A stretch of 64,000 nt of DNA. It comes from Acidobacteriota bacterium (GTDB lineage: Bacteria > Acidobacteriota > UBA6911 > RPQK01 > JAJDTT01). Positions 8,957-19,965 of the stretch are shown piece after piece. A program made the position numbers and the translations under genes. The notes under the pieces are model-generated. The model was not told the DNA's origin. It was given only the letters and a program-made list of their open reading frames with translations, and made no database searches. The stretch is taken from contig OZ253580.1 in NCBI GenBank assembly GCA_965263035.1, positions 3,456,001 through 3,520,000 on the forward strand. The letters are read 5' to 3'. How positions within the stretch are numbered: position 1 is the first letter of the stretch; the number at the start of each line of letters is the position of its first letter.

Positions 8957-10396
8957 ATGTCGTCAACACTTTACGCGGGTGTCGCCCGCCGGGTGATCAA
9001 TCCCGAGATCGGCACGGCCATGGGAGGACTGAGACTGTTCGGGAGTCCGATCCAGGCCATCGAAAGCGACTTGACGGGAACCGTTCTGGTGCTGTCGAAC
9101 CAGACCACCAAGGTGGCCATCGCCGCTCTGGATCTTGCCGTGCTCTCCCCGGTCGAGGGCCTCGCCATGCGCGAGAGCATGGGAAACGCCATCGGTGTCC
9201 CCGCGACCAACGTCATGCTGAATCTGAGCCACAACCACAGCTCGCCCTGTCTGCCCGGTTGGGTTCCGGACACCGACGAGCAGACCCGGCTGAAGACTCG
9301 ATACCGGGACCACCTGAATGAGTGGCTCGTAGAGGCGGTGCAAGAGGCAGATTCCGGTCTCCAACCGGCGCGCATCGGCGCCGGCTGGGGGGAGAGCGAC
9401 ATCGGCATTTACCGGCGTGAGACCGGACCCGACGGCCGGGACGTCCTGGGGGAAGTGCCGGAGCACCCCATCGATCCGGCCGTGGGTGTGGTCCGGGTGG
9501 ACGACCTGGACGGCAACCCCATCGCGGTCCTGTTCAGCTATGGTTGCCATCCGGTCACGGTAGGACCACGTTCCATGGTGGCCTCGACCGACTTTCCCGG
9601 TCCGGCACGAGAGGTGTTGGAGACGTGCCTGGGTACGACGGCGGTCTTCCTGCAGGCGTGCGGGGGCAACATCAATCCCCGGCCCGGTATCGGTTACGAG
9701 GTGGATTGCCGGGACGTGAAGGAGCGTATCGGAAAGGCCTTGGGGGCAGAGGCTCTACGGGTCGCCGCCGGGATCCGGACCCACCTGGAGCCCGGAGATC
9801 GAATCCCGTTCGGCAACATTCCAAACATCCTGTTCAGGCCCTGGCTGCACCTGCAAGGGGACACCTGCAGCTACCTGGGGGCCGTTGAAGAGACCATCGG
9901 GCTCGAATACGGGACTCTTCCTTCCCGCGAGGACGCTCAGCGGGTCCGCGACCAATGGAGAGCCGAGCTGGAGCGGCGAAAAACCGGCAATGCCCAGCAG
10001 TGGGAGATTCGTGTCGCGGCCCGGTTTGCAGAGTGGTCCGAGAATCTGCTGGCGGCTGCCATAGCGGACAAACCGACGCTGGATTTGGAGGCGCAGGCCA
10101 TTCGGGTCAATGACATCGTCCTGGTGGGCATGAACATGGAGATCTTCTTCGAGACCGGACTGGCCATCAAGGCGCGGTCGCCCCTGAAGCACACTCTCCC
10201 GTTGGGGTACACCAACAGCTCCATCAGCTACCTGCCCCGAGAAGCGGACTATCCCGAGGGCGGATGGCAACTGGGTGAGACCTACCACGTGCCGGACCTG
10301 TTCTTCCAATCCTATACCGTGCCGGTCGCACCGCGGCCCGATGCCGAGGAGATCGTCGTCGAGAGAGTGTCGGCGCTGGTTCGGGAGCTGGTATAG
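8957..10396 (+). CDS. Neutral/alkaline ceramidase-like N-terminal domain hydrolase
   Basis: LYAGVARRVINP, SHNHSSP, FSYGCHPV, STDFPG, FLQACGGNINP, GYTN..YLP pattern. Confidence 0.7.
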   Translation: MSSTLYAGVARRVINPEIGTAMGGLRLFGSPIQAIESDLTGTVLVLSNQTTKVAIAALDLAVLSPVEGLAMRESMGNAIGVPATNVMLNLSHNHSSPCLPGWVPDTDEQTRLKTRYRDHLNEWLVEAVQEADSGLQPARIGAGWGESDIGIYRRETGPDGRDVLGEVPEHPIDPAVGVVRVDDLDGNPIAVLFSYGCHPVTVGPRSMVASTDFPGPAREVLETCLGTTAVFLQACGGNINPRPGIGYEVDCRDVKERIGKALGAEALRVAAGIRTHLEPGDRIPFGNIPNILFRPWLHLQGDTCSYLGAVEETIGLEYGTLPSREDAQRVRDQWRAELERRKTGNAQQWEIRVAARFAEWSENLLAAAIADKPTLDLEAQAIRVNDIVLVGMNMEIFFETGLAIKARSPLKHTLPLGYTNSSISYLPREADYPEGGWQLGETYHVPDLFFQSYTVPVAPRPDAEEIVVERVSALVRELV

Positions 10397-10401
10397 CCGC
10401 C

Positions 10402-11229
10402 CTATCCTGAAGAGCTCAGGTAGTCCATCCGTCCCCCGTCGACGGTCAGAATCTGCCCGGTCACGAAGCGGGCCTCGGAGGAGGCGAGGAAGGCTACGGC
10501 GGCGGCGATGTCGGCCGGTTCACCGATCCGTCCCAGGACACTGCGTCCGGCGAACTCTTGAATGACCCGCTCCAATTCCTGGGGCGGGGTTAGCTGCACC
10601 AGGAGATCGGTTCGAACCAGACCGGGCGCCACGGAATTGACGTTGATGTTGTCGGGGCCGAGTTCCAGGGCGAAGCGTTTGGTCAGGTTCATGACGGCCG
10701 CTTTGGTCGCACTGTAAAAGGTCCTCAGTGGGGAGATGTTGCCAAAGCCGGCGATGGAGGCGATGTTGACGATGGAGCCGGAGCGCCGTTTCCGCATCTG
10801 CGGCAGGACCGCCCGGGTGCAGTTGATGATTCCCCGGACGTTGACCCCCCACATGGCATCCAGATCCCGTTCCAGGTCCGCGTCGGAGGCAAACGACGTC
10901 AGGTCCCCGTCGAGCACGATGGCTGCGTTGTTGACCAGAACGTCGATGCGGGAAAATTTCTCCAAGATCCGGTCGACCATGGCATGGACCGCTGAGCGAT
11001 CGGAGACGTCCGCTTGCACTGCCTCGGCCTCCGTTCCCAATTGGTTCACTTGCTCGACGGTCTCGGCGGCGGCCGGCTCGTTGCTCACGAAGTTGACCCC
11101 GATCCGGGCTCCTTCCCGAGCCAGGCGCAGGGACACGGCCCGGCCGATCCCCCGGGACCCGCCGGTGACGAGGGCCACCTTGCCCCGAAATCTTTGACCT
11201 GGATTTCCGCCGTTCGTCCGTGCCGCCAT
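10402..11229 (-). CDS. SDR family oxidoreductase
   Basis: VTGGSRGIG, VNNAA, YSATK, VNSVAPG, VDGG; start taken at MAARTNG. Confidence 0.92.
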   Translation of the reverse strand: MAARTNGGNPGQRFRGKVALVTGGSRGIGRAVSLRLAREGARIGVNFVSNEPAAAETVEQVNQLGTEAEAVQADVSDRSAVHAMVDRILEKFSRIDVLVNNAAIVLDGDLTSFASDADLERDLDAMWGVNVRGIINCTRAVLPQMRKRRSGSIVNIASIAGFGNISPLRTFYSATKAAVMNLTKRFALELGPDNINVNSVAPGLVRTDLLVQLTPPQELERVIQEFAGRSVLGRIGEPADIAAAVAFLASSEARFVTGQILTVDGGRMDYLSSSG

Positions 11230-11294
11230 CGAACCTCTCACATGTAGCCTATCAGTCCACCTTGCCGCCATCAAAATCAGGTCAAATCTCTGCC

Positions 11295-11382
11295 GTAGGG
11301 GCGACCCTTGTGTGGTCGCCCTCCCCGGGCCGATTAGTAACGTGCGACAGCGGGCACCCACACACACAAGGGGTGCCCCTAC
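11295..11382. repeat. Inverted pair of GTAG-family REPs (REPIN-like)
   Basis: GTAGGGGCGACCCTTGTGTGGTCGCCC (11295-11321) and GGGCACCC..GGGTGCCCCTAC (11352-11382). Confidence 0.8.
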
Positions 11383-11585
11383 GTCGCGATCCTCGTTCAA
11401 TCCTGCTTCCCCGGTTCTCCCGAACACTCGGAAATATGGGGAAGGTCCAGATTGAGAGCATATTTCGCCGCGATGGTCTAAAATGACTTCTGTCCGATTC
11501 GCTCTCCGCCCCGGAGAGAGTGGCCACTTTCCAACGCCGGCAATCCGGATCGCGGGGAGTCTCAAAGTCATAGGGAGACAGTCTT

Positions 11586-13901
11586 TTGTCCTCTGTCAGA
11601 CATCGACTCGGAGTTCTGACCCTTCTGGCGGTGCTGGTCGCCGGGATCGGCTACGGCAATGACAAGGGCGTTCGCCTTCCCCACCTGGAAGCCATGCGTC
11701 CCATTGGGGGGCAGGCCGGCGCCCAGGTCGAGGTCGCACTTCTGGGGGACATGCTCTCCAACGCCGAATCGGTCGAGTTCGATTGCGACGACCTCGACTT
11801 CACCTTGACCAAGGCAACGGCGGAACGAATCGAGGGAACGATCCGAATCTCGAAGCATGCCCCCCTGGGACAACACATCTTGAGGGCCAAGACCAAGGAC
11901 GGCTACACCACCGCCCTCTGGTTCACGGTGGGGCAATTCGAACCGGTTCCCGAACAGGAGCCCAACGAGACCCTCGCCGGCGCTCAGGCCATCTCTCCAC
12001 CCTGTGAGATCTACGGGACCATGGAGAAGAAAGAGCGCGATTTCTATGCTCTCAAGGCGAAGAAGGGGGACCGTTGGATCTTCGAAGTTCGGAGCATCCA
12101 GTTCGGATCCATGTTCGAAAGCTATCTCAATCTGCGAGACGAAACCGGGAGAGAATTGGTCTTCAACGACGATCGCGCCGATTTCGATGTGAACTCGCTG
12201 ATCGATCACACGTTCGAGAAAGACGGCACCCATTTCATCGAGGTCGATTCTTTCCGGGGCGTTCGGGGGTGGGGTTTTACCAAGAACAACGGATACGTCC
12301 TGCGTGTCTCCCGGGTCCCCCTGATCGACCACGTCTCGCCTCTGGGAGGCCGCGCGGGCAGCCGGGTCACCGTCCGGTTTTCGGGTCGGGGCTTGCAGCA
12401 GGTGGAACAGGTCTACTTGTCACCCACGCGCCGGGGGGAGCATGTCACCCTGACGATTCCTTGGACCATGGACGTCCGATTTGCCGACGATTATTCCACC
12501 GCGTCGGCCATCCCCAGGGTGGAGGGGAACATTCTGCGTCGAGCATCTGAGGCTATGGAAGTCGAGTTCGACCTGCCGGAGGAACCACTGGGCATCTGGT
12601 CGCTCTTTGTGAAGGACACGAATGGGATCGCGGATCCCAAGTATTTCGAGGTCACACAGTCAGAGGAGATCGCGGAAACCGAATCCAATGACCGGCGCGA
12701 CGAACCGCAGGAATTGCCTTTTTCGGCCGGCAAGAACTTGGTGGTCAACGGCAGGCTTGAGCGGCGAGAGGTTACGGAGCTGAGTCAGGACAAGGATTTC
12801 TATGCCCTCGACGCCAAGAAGGGCGTGTCGCTACGGATTCACACCAACGCCTACCAGCTCCTGTCGCCCAGTATCGACACCGTCGTCAGCCTGTTCGATA
12901 CGGACGGAAAACTGTTGGCGGAGAGTGACGATCTGACGCACGGTCGTGGGTTCTACACGGGAAGTGTCGACAGCAACCTGTATTACATCCCCGAACGGGA
13001 TCAAAAGCTCGTCATCTCCGTATCGGACCGGGTCGGCCGAGGCGGTCCCGGGTATGACTACCGTCTCCATGTCAAGTCGGAGGAGCCGGGGTTTCTCCTC
13101 ATCGTCTCCCCGCAGTTCGGACTACAATCGATCTCCCTGTCCAACTTCACCGTGGAGCAGGGGGGAGAGAGCAACATGGTGGTGGGCATGATCCGGATGC
13201 CCCCCAAGATTCATTCCGACGATCCAGTTCCCGCCGCCCTGGCCCCGCCTCCCGGGGCCGTTATGGAAGGGGAGGTTCGGGTCTGGGTCGAGGGGCTTCC
13301 GCCGGGGGTGACCGCCGAGGAGCATCGGTTTCGCGCCGATGAGATCGTCGAGCCGGGCGGGGATGGAGCCACCTTCATGGTGCCGGAACGGCTGCTCACG
13401 ATTCGCGCCGGTGACGCGGTGCCGCCTGGAACTTACCCCTTTCGTGTTTTGGGCGAAGTCGTTGGAAATGAAGGGGTCACCGCAGTCGGCAGAGCCATGG
13501 ACTCCATGGGCGGCATCACCGAGCTGTACAATTTTCCGGGCCGGCCCGTCGCCGAAACGGCTCTCACCGTCATCGAGCCGGGTGCGGTGACCGTTGAACT
13601 GGATGCGAAAGAGGACAAAGTCGTGGTGATGCAGGGGGAGACCTCCCTGGTCGGGATCAAGAACCGGCTACCCGTCGGGGCGGGCGATAAACCGAGCGTC
13701 TGGCTGACGAACGCCCCTGAAGGTGTTTCGGCGCATCTGGATTCGGACCCGGAGGGGAACCTGCTCGTGGGCTTCCGGGCGGCGGAGGAGACGGGGATCG
13801 AGTCCACCGAGAATGTCTACGTTGAGTTCGACGTCGGCAGGCGAGTCGTCTCGAGCCACCGCTTTACCGTCCAGGTCGTTGCGAGGGAGCATATGCCGTG
13901 A
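11586..13901 (+). CDS. Exported PPC (pre-peptidase C-terminal) domain protein of a DUF1549/DUF1501 operon
   Basis: Signal peptide; PIGGQAG, EQEPNET..AQ, DFYAL, PLGGRAG, ETESND repeats. Confidence 0.8.
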   Translation: MSSVRHRLGVLTLLAVLVAGIGYGNDKGVRLPHLEAMRPIGGQAGAQVEVALLGDMLSNAESVEFDCDDLDFTLTKATAERIEGTIRISKHAPLGQHILRAKTKDGYTTALWFTVGQFEPVPEQEPNETLAGAQAISPPCEIYGTMEKKERDFYALKAKKGDRWIFEVRSIQFGSMFESYLNLRDETGRELVFNDDRADFDVNSLIDHTFEKDGTHFIEVDSFRGVRGWGFTKNNGYVLRVSRVPLIDHVSPLGGRAGSRVTVRFSGRGLQQVEQVYLSPTRRGEHVTLTIPWTMDVRFADDYSTASAIPRVEGNILRRASEAMEVEFDLPEEPLGIWSLFVKDTNGIADPKYFEVTQSEEIAETESNDRRDEPQELPFSAGKNLVVNGRLERREVTELSQDKDFYALDAKKGVSLRIHTNAYQLLSPSIDTVVSLFDTDGKLLAESDDLTHGRGFYTGSVDSNLYYIPERDQKLVISVSDRVGRGGPGYDYRLHVKSEEPGFLLIVSPQFGLQSISLSNFTVEQGGESNMVVGMIRMPPKIHSDDPVPAALAPPPGAVMEGEVRVWVEGLPPGVTAEEHRFRADEIVEPGGDGATFMVPERLLTIRAGDAVPPGTYPFRVLGEVVGNEGVTAVGRAMDSMGGITELYNFPGRPVAETALTVIEPGAVTVELDAKEDKVVVMQGETSLVGIKNRLPVGAGDKPSVWLTNAPEGVSAHLDSDPEGNLLVGFRAAEETGIESTENVYVEFDVGRRVVSSHRFTVQVVAREHMP

Positions 13902-16543
13902 CCCTCAAACTCCGAACCGCCAAGATGACAGCCGTCTCCGGATCCGGCCCGAGACCCAGGCACACACGGGGGATCCTGAGGATCACAGCAACGGCCCTGG
14001 CCGTTTTCTGCCTGATCGGTTTTCCGGGTCGCACGGTGGCCTTGCCGGGGGCTGCGTCAGAGAATCGGGGAGAAACGGCGAAGCCGGATACGGCAACAAC
14101 GGACGCCCGTCAAGCCGCCGAGTCGGCCACGAGCGTACTGACCGACCCGACAGCCGATCTTCGGCGAATCGTCCTGGAGCCGGCGGAACTCGTTCTGGCC
14201 CATCCCGGCGCGACCCAGCGATTGGTGGTCACGGGTTACTACGCCGACGGGACTTCCCACGACGTGAGCCTCTTCTGCCGCTATGTCTCATCCTCTCCTC
14301 AAGTCGTCTCGGTCAGTTCCGATGGCGTGCTCCGGGCTCTGACGCCGGGACGCGCCGAAGTCGAAGCCTGGCTGGGGAAGGCTCGCTCCGGCCTCCAGGC
14401 ACGCGTCTCCGATCAGGCCACCGAGGTGAGCATCAACTTCAGCCAGGACCTGCTGTCCATCTTTACTCAAAGGTCCTGCAACACTCCCACGTGCCACGGC
14501 GCAATCACCGGCCAGGCCGGCTTCAAGCTCTCGCTGTTCGGTTACGATCCCCAAGCCGATTACGGGATGATCGTCGAAGCGGACGACGGCCGCCGGGTCG
14601 ATCTGGAACACCCGGAAAAGAGCCTGCTTCTGATGAAGCCGACATTCAGCGTGCCCCACGGTGGTGGCAAACGGCTGACCCTGGACTCGGCCGAATATGG
14701 CACGATCGCCACTTGGCTGAAGCAGGGAGGCCGTTACAACTCGGACGGACCTCGTGTGACCGACATCGCCATCTATCCCCGGGAGCGGATCCTGCTCGGT
14801 TTGGGGACCACCCAGCGCTGGGTGGTATTGGGGCGCCTGTCCGACGGGACCACGCGGGACATGACCGGGGAAGTCAAGTATCAGGTGGGAGACGACAACG
14901 TCGTCCAGGTGACGCCGGAGGGGGAGTCGAAGGCGGTCGGGCGCGGACAGACTCACGTGATGGTCCGGGCCATGGGCCGGGTCGCAGTGGCCAGGGTTGG
15001 CGTTTTGGATGAGCCCCCCATGGCGGACTATCCTCCCCTGTCGGCTCACAACTTCGTCGATGAGGCCATGATCCGGCAGTGGAAAGAGCTGAATCTGGTC
15101 CCGTCGGAGATCTGCAGCGACGAGGAGTTTCTGAGGCGGGTCTATCTGGATGTAATCGGGTTGCTGCCGACGGTCGAGGAGAGTGAGCGCTTCCTGGCGG
15201 ATACCCGGGCCGACAAGAGGACGGCCCTGATCGACGAACTGTTGGAGCGGGACGAGTACGCCATCTACTGGACGACCAAGCTCGGAGACAGTTTCCGCGT
15301 CCACCAGACAAACATTCCCAGTCGCGCGCAGGGATTATTCAAGAGATTCATCCGGACCTTTCTCAGGGAAGACCGCCCCTACGATGAGTTCGTTCAGGAG
15401 ATACTGACCAGCACCGGAGACCAGACCAGGAATCCTGCAGCCATGTTCTGGTCCCCCATGTCCAACACCGTTCTGGACATCACCAATGTCAATCAGGTGA
15501 CGACCACGGTCAGCCGCCTCTTCCTCGGTATCCGGATGGAGTGCGTGGAATGCCACAATCATCCCCTGGAGAATCTGACCCAGGACGACTTCTTCGACTT
15601 GAGTGCGTTTTTCGGACAGTTGCGTCAGAAACGGGGATACGAGACCTACCGCCGAGTCTGGTGGCTGGACCCGAAGTCCCATTTTGTGCACCCGCGGACC
15701 AAAAAGCCGGTGCAGCCCAGAGTCCCCTTCGACCCCGATTTTCCCGTGAGGGCCAACGGGGACCACCGTAAGGACTTGGCGGCGTGGATCACCTCACCCG
15801 AGAATCCCTTTTTCGCCCGGTCCATCGTCAACCGCATCTGGAGGGAGTATTTCAACCTGGGAATCGTGGAGCCCTACGACGATTTCCGAACCACCAACCC
15901 TCCCTCCAACGAGGCCCTGCTGGACGGATTGGCCAGGCATCTGATCGACAATGGATTCCGTCTGAAGCCGGTGCACCGGGCAATCCTCAACTCCACCACC
16001 TACCAGCGGACGTCCTCGCCCAATCCCCTGAACAAGGTGGATGACCCTCACTTGTTCACCCGCTACAACATTCGGATTCTTCCCGCCGAGGCCATGCTTG
16101 ATGCCTTGTCGCAAGTCGCCGGAGTCGAACACTCTTTCCAAGTCAGTCCCAAGGGAACCCGGGCCCAGGAGGTCATCTACTCCGACTACGCGGGTTATTT
16201 CCTGAGTATTTTCGGTTACCCGGAACGCTTGAGCTTGGAGGAGCGGCCCAAGGAACCCACGCTGAGCCAGGCCCTCCACATGAGATTCGGCGACACGGTG
16301 ATGGACAAGGTCCAATCGGATGAGAATGTAGTGGCCAAGTTGCTCGAGTCCGGCAAATCCGATCGCGAGATCTACGATCATGTCTTCATGAGCGCCTACA
16401 GCCGCAGGGCGACGGATCACGAGTGGGATCTCGCCTCCAACTACCTCGCCAGCATGGATTCGCAGGGCGTGGAACGGAAGCAGATTCTTGATGACCTGCT
16501 TTGGACCGTGATAAACTCCCAAGAATTCCTAGTCAATCATTAG
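13898..16543 (+). CDS. Ig-like + DUF1549 + DUF1553 domain protein
   Basis: CNTPTCHG..GFKLSLFG, HGGGKR, EFLRRVYLDVIG.LPT, FLGIRMECVECHNHP, VNRIWR..GIVEP.DDFR. Confidence 0.9.
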   Translation: MTLKLRTAKMTAVSGSGPRPRHTRGILRITATALAVFCLIGFPGRTVALPGAASENRGETAKPDTATTDARQAAESATSVLTDPTADLRRIVLEPAELVLAHPGATQRLVVTGYYADGTSHDVSLFCRYVSSSPQVVSVSSDGVLRALTPGRAEVEAWLGKARSGLQARVSDQATEVSINFSQDLLSIFTQRSCNTPTCHGAITGQAGFKLSLFGYDPQADYGMIVEADDGRRVDLEHPEKSLLLMKPTFSVPHGGGKRLTLDSAEYGTIATWLKQGGRYNSDGPRVTDIAIYPRERILLGLGTTQRWVVLGRLSDGTTRDMTGEVKYQVGDDNVVQVTPEGESKAVGRGQTHVMVRAMGRVAVARVGVLDEPPMADYPPLSAHNFVDEAMIRQWKELNLVPSEICSDEEFLRRVYLDVIGLLPTVEESERFLADTRADKRTALIDELLERDEYAIYWTTKLGDSFRVHQTNIPSRAQGLFKRFIRTFLREDRPYDEFVQEILTSTGDQTRNPAAMFWSPMSNTVLDITNVNQVTTTVSRLFLGIRMECVECHNHPLENLTQDDFFDLSAFFGQLRQKRGYETYRRVWWLDPKSHFVHPRTKKPVQPRVPFDPDFPVRANGDHRKDLAAWITSPENPFFARSIVNRIWREYFNLGIVEPYDDFRTTNPPSNEALLDGLARHLIDNGFRLKPVHRAILNSTTYQRTSSPNPLNKVDDPHLFTRYNIRILPAEAMLDALSQVAGVEHSFQVSPKGTRAQEVIYSDYAGYFLSIFGYPERLSLEERPKEPTLSQALHMRFGDTVMDKVQSDENVVAKLLESGKSDREIYDHVFMSAYSRRATDHEWDLASNYLASMDSQGVERKQILDDLLWTVINSQEFLVNH

Positions 16544-16557
16544 GGATACAGCACGCC

Positions 16558-17847
16558 ATGAGAATCTATCCTGCAGAGTTGTCCTGTAGTCCGTCCCGAA
16601 GGGACTTCATCCGCATCGGCATGGCGAGTCTGGGAGGCTTGAGTCTCGCCAGCCTGCTGCGGCAGCAGAGCGCATTGGGATCGAACAAGAGAGATCTCAA
16701 CTGCATCGTGCTGTTCCAAGCGGGCGGCAACAGTCAGGTCGACACCTGGGATCCCAAGCCGGACGCCGAGGCGGAGATTCGAGGCTATTTCAAGGCGATT
16801 CCGACCGTGATCCCGGGGATCCATTTCTCCGAGTTGTTGCCCGAGTCGGCGAAGCGGCTCGACAAGTACGCGGTGATCCGGTCCATGTACTCGGACGATG
16901 CGGTCCACGAGAGCGCCCAGCAATACGTGATCAGCGGCACCAAGCGTAGAAATGACTTGGTTCATCCCGCTCTGGGTTCGGTCCTGGCCCATGAGTGGGG
17001 CTCCTCGGCAGGCCTTCCACCCTATGTCGCCATTCCCAAGAACAGCCGTTCCGGTGGAGCCGGTTTTCTGGGTTCGGTCTATGATCCCTTCCAATCCGGA
17101 GATCCCAACCAGAAGAACTACTCGGTCAAGGACCTGACTCTGCCGCTGGGAATGAAGCTGGATCAGGCCCGGGCCCGATCGGAGCTGCTGAACGCTTTGG
17201 ACAACCGTTTCCGCAAGGTGGAGAGTTCCGGTCTGTTGGATCGGATGGATCAGTTCTCCCAGAAAGCCCACGACCTGGTGAGTTCGCCCGCCGCCAAGAA
17301 GGCCTTCAACATCTCCGAGGAGAGCGAGAAACTGAGGGACGCATACGGGCACACCACGGTGGGACAGGGAGCCCTGCTGGCGCGCCGGCTGATCGAATCC
17401 GGCGTTCGTGTGGCGACGGTCTTCCACGGCGGCTACGACACGCACTTCGACAACAAACCCGGGATGGAGAAGGTCAACATTCCGTTCGACCAGGCCTTCG
17501 GCGCGCTCTTGGACGATCTTGAGAATCGCGGCCTTTTGGAGACGACGCTGGTCCTGGTCCTCTCGGAGTTCGGACGGACGCCGCGCATCAACAACCAGGC
17601 AGGACGGGATCATTGGCCACGATCGTTTTCCGTGGCTCTGGCTGGAGCCGGAATCAGCGGAGGAGTGGTCTTGGGCAGCACCACACCGACCGGTTCCGAT
17701 CCCCACGACAGGCCGGTGTCGGTGGAAGATCTGATGGTTACGGTCTACCGTATCCTGGGAATCGACCCGGAAGGGGAGTTCCACGCGGGCGGGCGCCCCG
17801 TCAAGATCGCCACCAACGGCAAGTTCGTCCACGAGTTGTTCTCGTAA
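16558..17847 (+). CDS. DUF1501 domain protein
   Basis: SRRDFIRIG Tat-like signal, GGNSQVDTWDPKP, LLARRLIESG, SEFGRTP, GRDHWP. Confidence 0.92.
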   Translation: MRIYPAELSCSPSRRDFIRIGMASLGGLSLASLLRQQSALGSNKRDLNCIVLFQAGGNSQVDTWDPKPDAEAEIRGYFKAIPTVIPGIHFSELLPESAKRLDKYAVIRSMYSDDAVHESAQQYVISGTKRRNDLVHPALGSVLAHEWGSSAGLPPYVAIPKNSRSGGAGFLGSVYDPFQSGDPNQKNYSVKDLTLPLGMKLDQARARSELLNALDNRFRKVESSGLLDRMDQFSQKAHDLVSSPAAKKAFNISEESEKLRDAYGHTTVGQGALLARRLIESGVRVATVFHGGYDTHFDNKPGMEKVNIPFDQAFGALLDDLENRGLLETTLVLVLSEFGRTPRINNQAGRDHWPRSFSVALAGAGISGGVVLGSTTPTGSDPHDRPVSVEDLMVTVYRILGIDPEGEFHAGGRPVKIATNGKFVHELFS

Positions 17848-17866
17848 ACCCGGGTTTTCCAATGAA

Positions 17867-17944
17867 CAGGAGCGGCGGCTTTCTTGCCGCCGATCTTACG
17901 ACCAAGCATCGGACAATAGGAGACTGGCAAGTCTTCCCTCCAGG
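17867..17944. repeat. REP-like hairpin pair
   Basis: CAGGAG-CGGCGGC-TTTCTT-GCCGCCG then GGAGACT-GGCA-AGTCTTC-CCTCC. Confidence 0.55.
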
Positions 17945-18019
17945 TCACCCCTCCGATTCGCGTCTCTCAGGGTGCAGGCCACGCCGTCCCGCAGATGCGG
18001 CGGACGCGTCAGGATTGCC

Positions 18020-19942
18020 GTGAATCTCCACTCTTCGGCTTGGAATTCGGGTTTTCTCACCAAAACACTTTCCTCGATCGCCCTGCTCTTGCTGAGTCCC
18101 GCCGGGAAGGCTCTCGCCCAGGATGAGAGCGCCGTGGCCGCAGGCGCTCCCCGGGCGCCGGTGCGTGACGAAATGATGCGTCCCATCACGGCGGGCGGTT
18201 TCGTCGACGGAGCACCCGTGGTCTTCTCCGACGCCACAGCCCGGAGCGGGCTGGACGGTTTCCGCCATAGCGCCGGATCGCAGGTGAAGCGGTTCCTGAT
18301 GGAGGTCCCGTCGGGTGGCGTGGCTCTTTTCGACTACGATCGGGACGGTTGGATAGACATCTACTTGGTCAACGGTTCCAACTTCGAGGCTCTCCGAGGC
18401 CAGCAGGAACATCCGAGGGCGGCCCTCTATCGCAACAACGGGGACGGCACCTTCACCGACACCACGGCGGTGGCGGGAGTGGCCAACCAGGGTTGGGGAT
18501 TCGGCGTCGCCGTCGGAGACTACGACAACGACGGCTGGCCCGATCTCCATGTCACCAACTTCGGCAAGGATCGGCTCTATCGCAACAACGGCGACGGGAG
18601 CTTCAGCGACATCACGGACCGGGCCGGGATCTCGATTCCGGGATGGTCGACGGCGGCGTCCTTCGGAGACTTCGATCGGGACGGAGACCTGGACCTCTTC
18701 GTCTGCGGATACCTGGAATTTCCGCCATGCTCTGAATCGACTTCCAACCCGCCGGAGGAATGTCTACGGGACCGGAAAGCGGAAATGGGGACGGCTCCGG
18801 AGATTCGGCTCTCGGAGGAGGCATTGGCCCGGTCCTTCGCCATGATTCCCAAACACGCCTGCAGCTTCCGCGGGAAACAGGTCCTTTGCGGTCCCCTGGG
18901 CCTCATCGGAATCCGCGACTTCCTCTTCCGCAACAACGGGGACGGTACTTTCACCGACGTCGCGGCCGACGCGGGCGTCGACGATCCGAACCGGTACTAC
19001 GGGTTCGCCAGCACCTTCGTGGACGTGGACGGAGACCGTTGGGTGGACCTGGTGGTGGCCAACGACTCCAAGCCCAACTACCTCTACCGGAACCGGGGGG
19101 ACGGGACCTTCGAGGACATGAGCTATCCGTCCGGTTTCGCGTTCAACCAATTTGCGAAGGCCCAAGCCGGAATGGGATTGGCAGTGGGTGACTACGACAA
19201 CGACGGGCAGGTCGACTTCTACGTGACCAATTTCTCCGACGATCACAACACCCTGTACAAGAACGAGGGAGACAATTTTTTCCTGGACGTGACTTTTCAA
19301 GTCGGATTGGGGGAAGCCACCATCCCCTTTCTGGGGTGGGGGACCGGTTTCCTGGACTTTGACAACGACGGCTGGAAGGACCTGTTCGTGGCCAACGGAC
19401 ACATTTATGCGGCCGTGGACTCCTACGATTGGGGGACGACCTATTCTCAGCGGCCGCTGCTTTTCCGGAACATCGGGGGAGAACGCTTCCAGGCCGTCCC
19501 GCCCGCCACGGGGAGCGGTCTGGCCGCCGTCGTGTCCGCCCGCGGAGCCGCCTTCGGGGACCTGGACAACGACGGGCGCGTCGACGTGGTGCTCAACTGC
19601 GCCGACGGTCCGCCAGTGGTCCTGAAAAACGAGGCCTCGACGCCGGAGCATCACTGGTTGTCCCTGCGGCTGGTGGGTGGGGAGAAGAGTCCCCGCGACG
19701 CCATCGGGGCCACCGTCTTCGTGACCGCCGCCGGCCGGCGGCAGCGGGGAGACGTCATCAGCGGAGCCAGCTATTCCTCTCACTCCGACTTCCGGCTGCA
19801 CTTCGGCCTGGGTCGAGCCGAAAGGGTCGAGTCGGTGGAAATCCACTGGCCCAGTGGCCGAAGACAGACCCTGTCCGATCTGCCCGTGGACCAGATACTC
19901 ACGATCCGGGAGGGACAGGAACCGGCCGGTCCGGACAGTTGA
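18020..19942 (+). CDS. CRTAC1 family protein (FG-GAP repeats + ASPIC/UnbV)
   Basis: Signal peptide, multiple DYDNDG/NNGDGTF repeats, [24 protein letters not shown]; start uncertain (17972 possible). Confidence 0.92.
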   Translation: MNLHSSAWNSGFLTKTLSSIALLLLSPAGKALAQDESAVAAGAPRAPVRDEMMRPITAGGFVDGAPVVFSDATARSGLDGFRHSAGSQVKRFLMEVPSGGVALFDYDRDGWIDIYLVNGSNFEALRGQQEHPRAALYRNNGDGTFTDTTAVAGVANQGWGFGVAVGDYDNDGWPDLHVTNFGKDRLYRNNGDGSFSDITDRAGISIPGWSTAASFGDFDRDGDLDLFVCGYLEFPPCSESTSNPPEECLRDRKAEMGTAPEIRLSEEALARSFAMIPKHACSFRGKQVLCGPLGLIGIRDFLFRNNGDGTFTDVAADAGVDDPNRYYGFASTFVDVDGDRWVDLVVANDSKPNYLYRNRGDGTFEDMSYPSGFAFNQFAKAQAGMGLAVGDYDNDGQVDFYVTNFSDDHNTLYKNEGDNFFLDVTFQVGLGEATIPFLGWGTGFLDFDNDGWKDLFVANGHIYAAVDSYDWGTTYSQRPLLFRNIGGERFQAVPPATGSGLAAVVSARGAAFGDLDNDGRVDVVLNCADGPPVVLKNEASTPEHHWLSLRLVGGEKSPRDAIGATVFVTAAGRRQRGDVISGASYSSHSDFRLHFGLGRAERVESVEIHWPSGRRQTLSDLPVDQILTIREGQEPAGPDS

Positions 19943-19965
19943 GTCCGGTTCTCTGGAGAGGGAAT

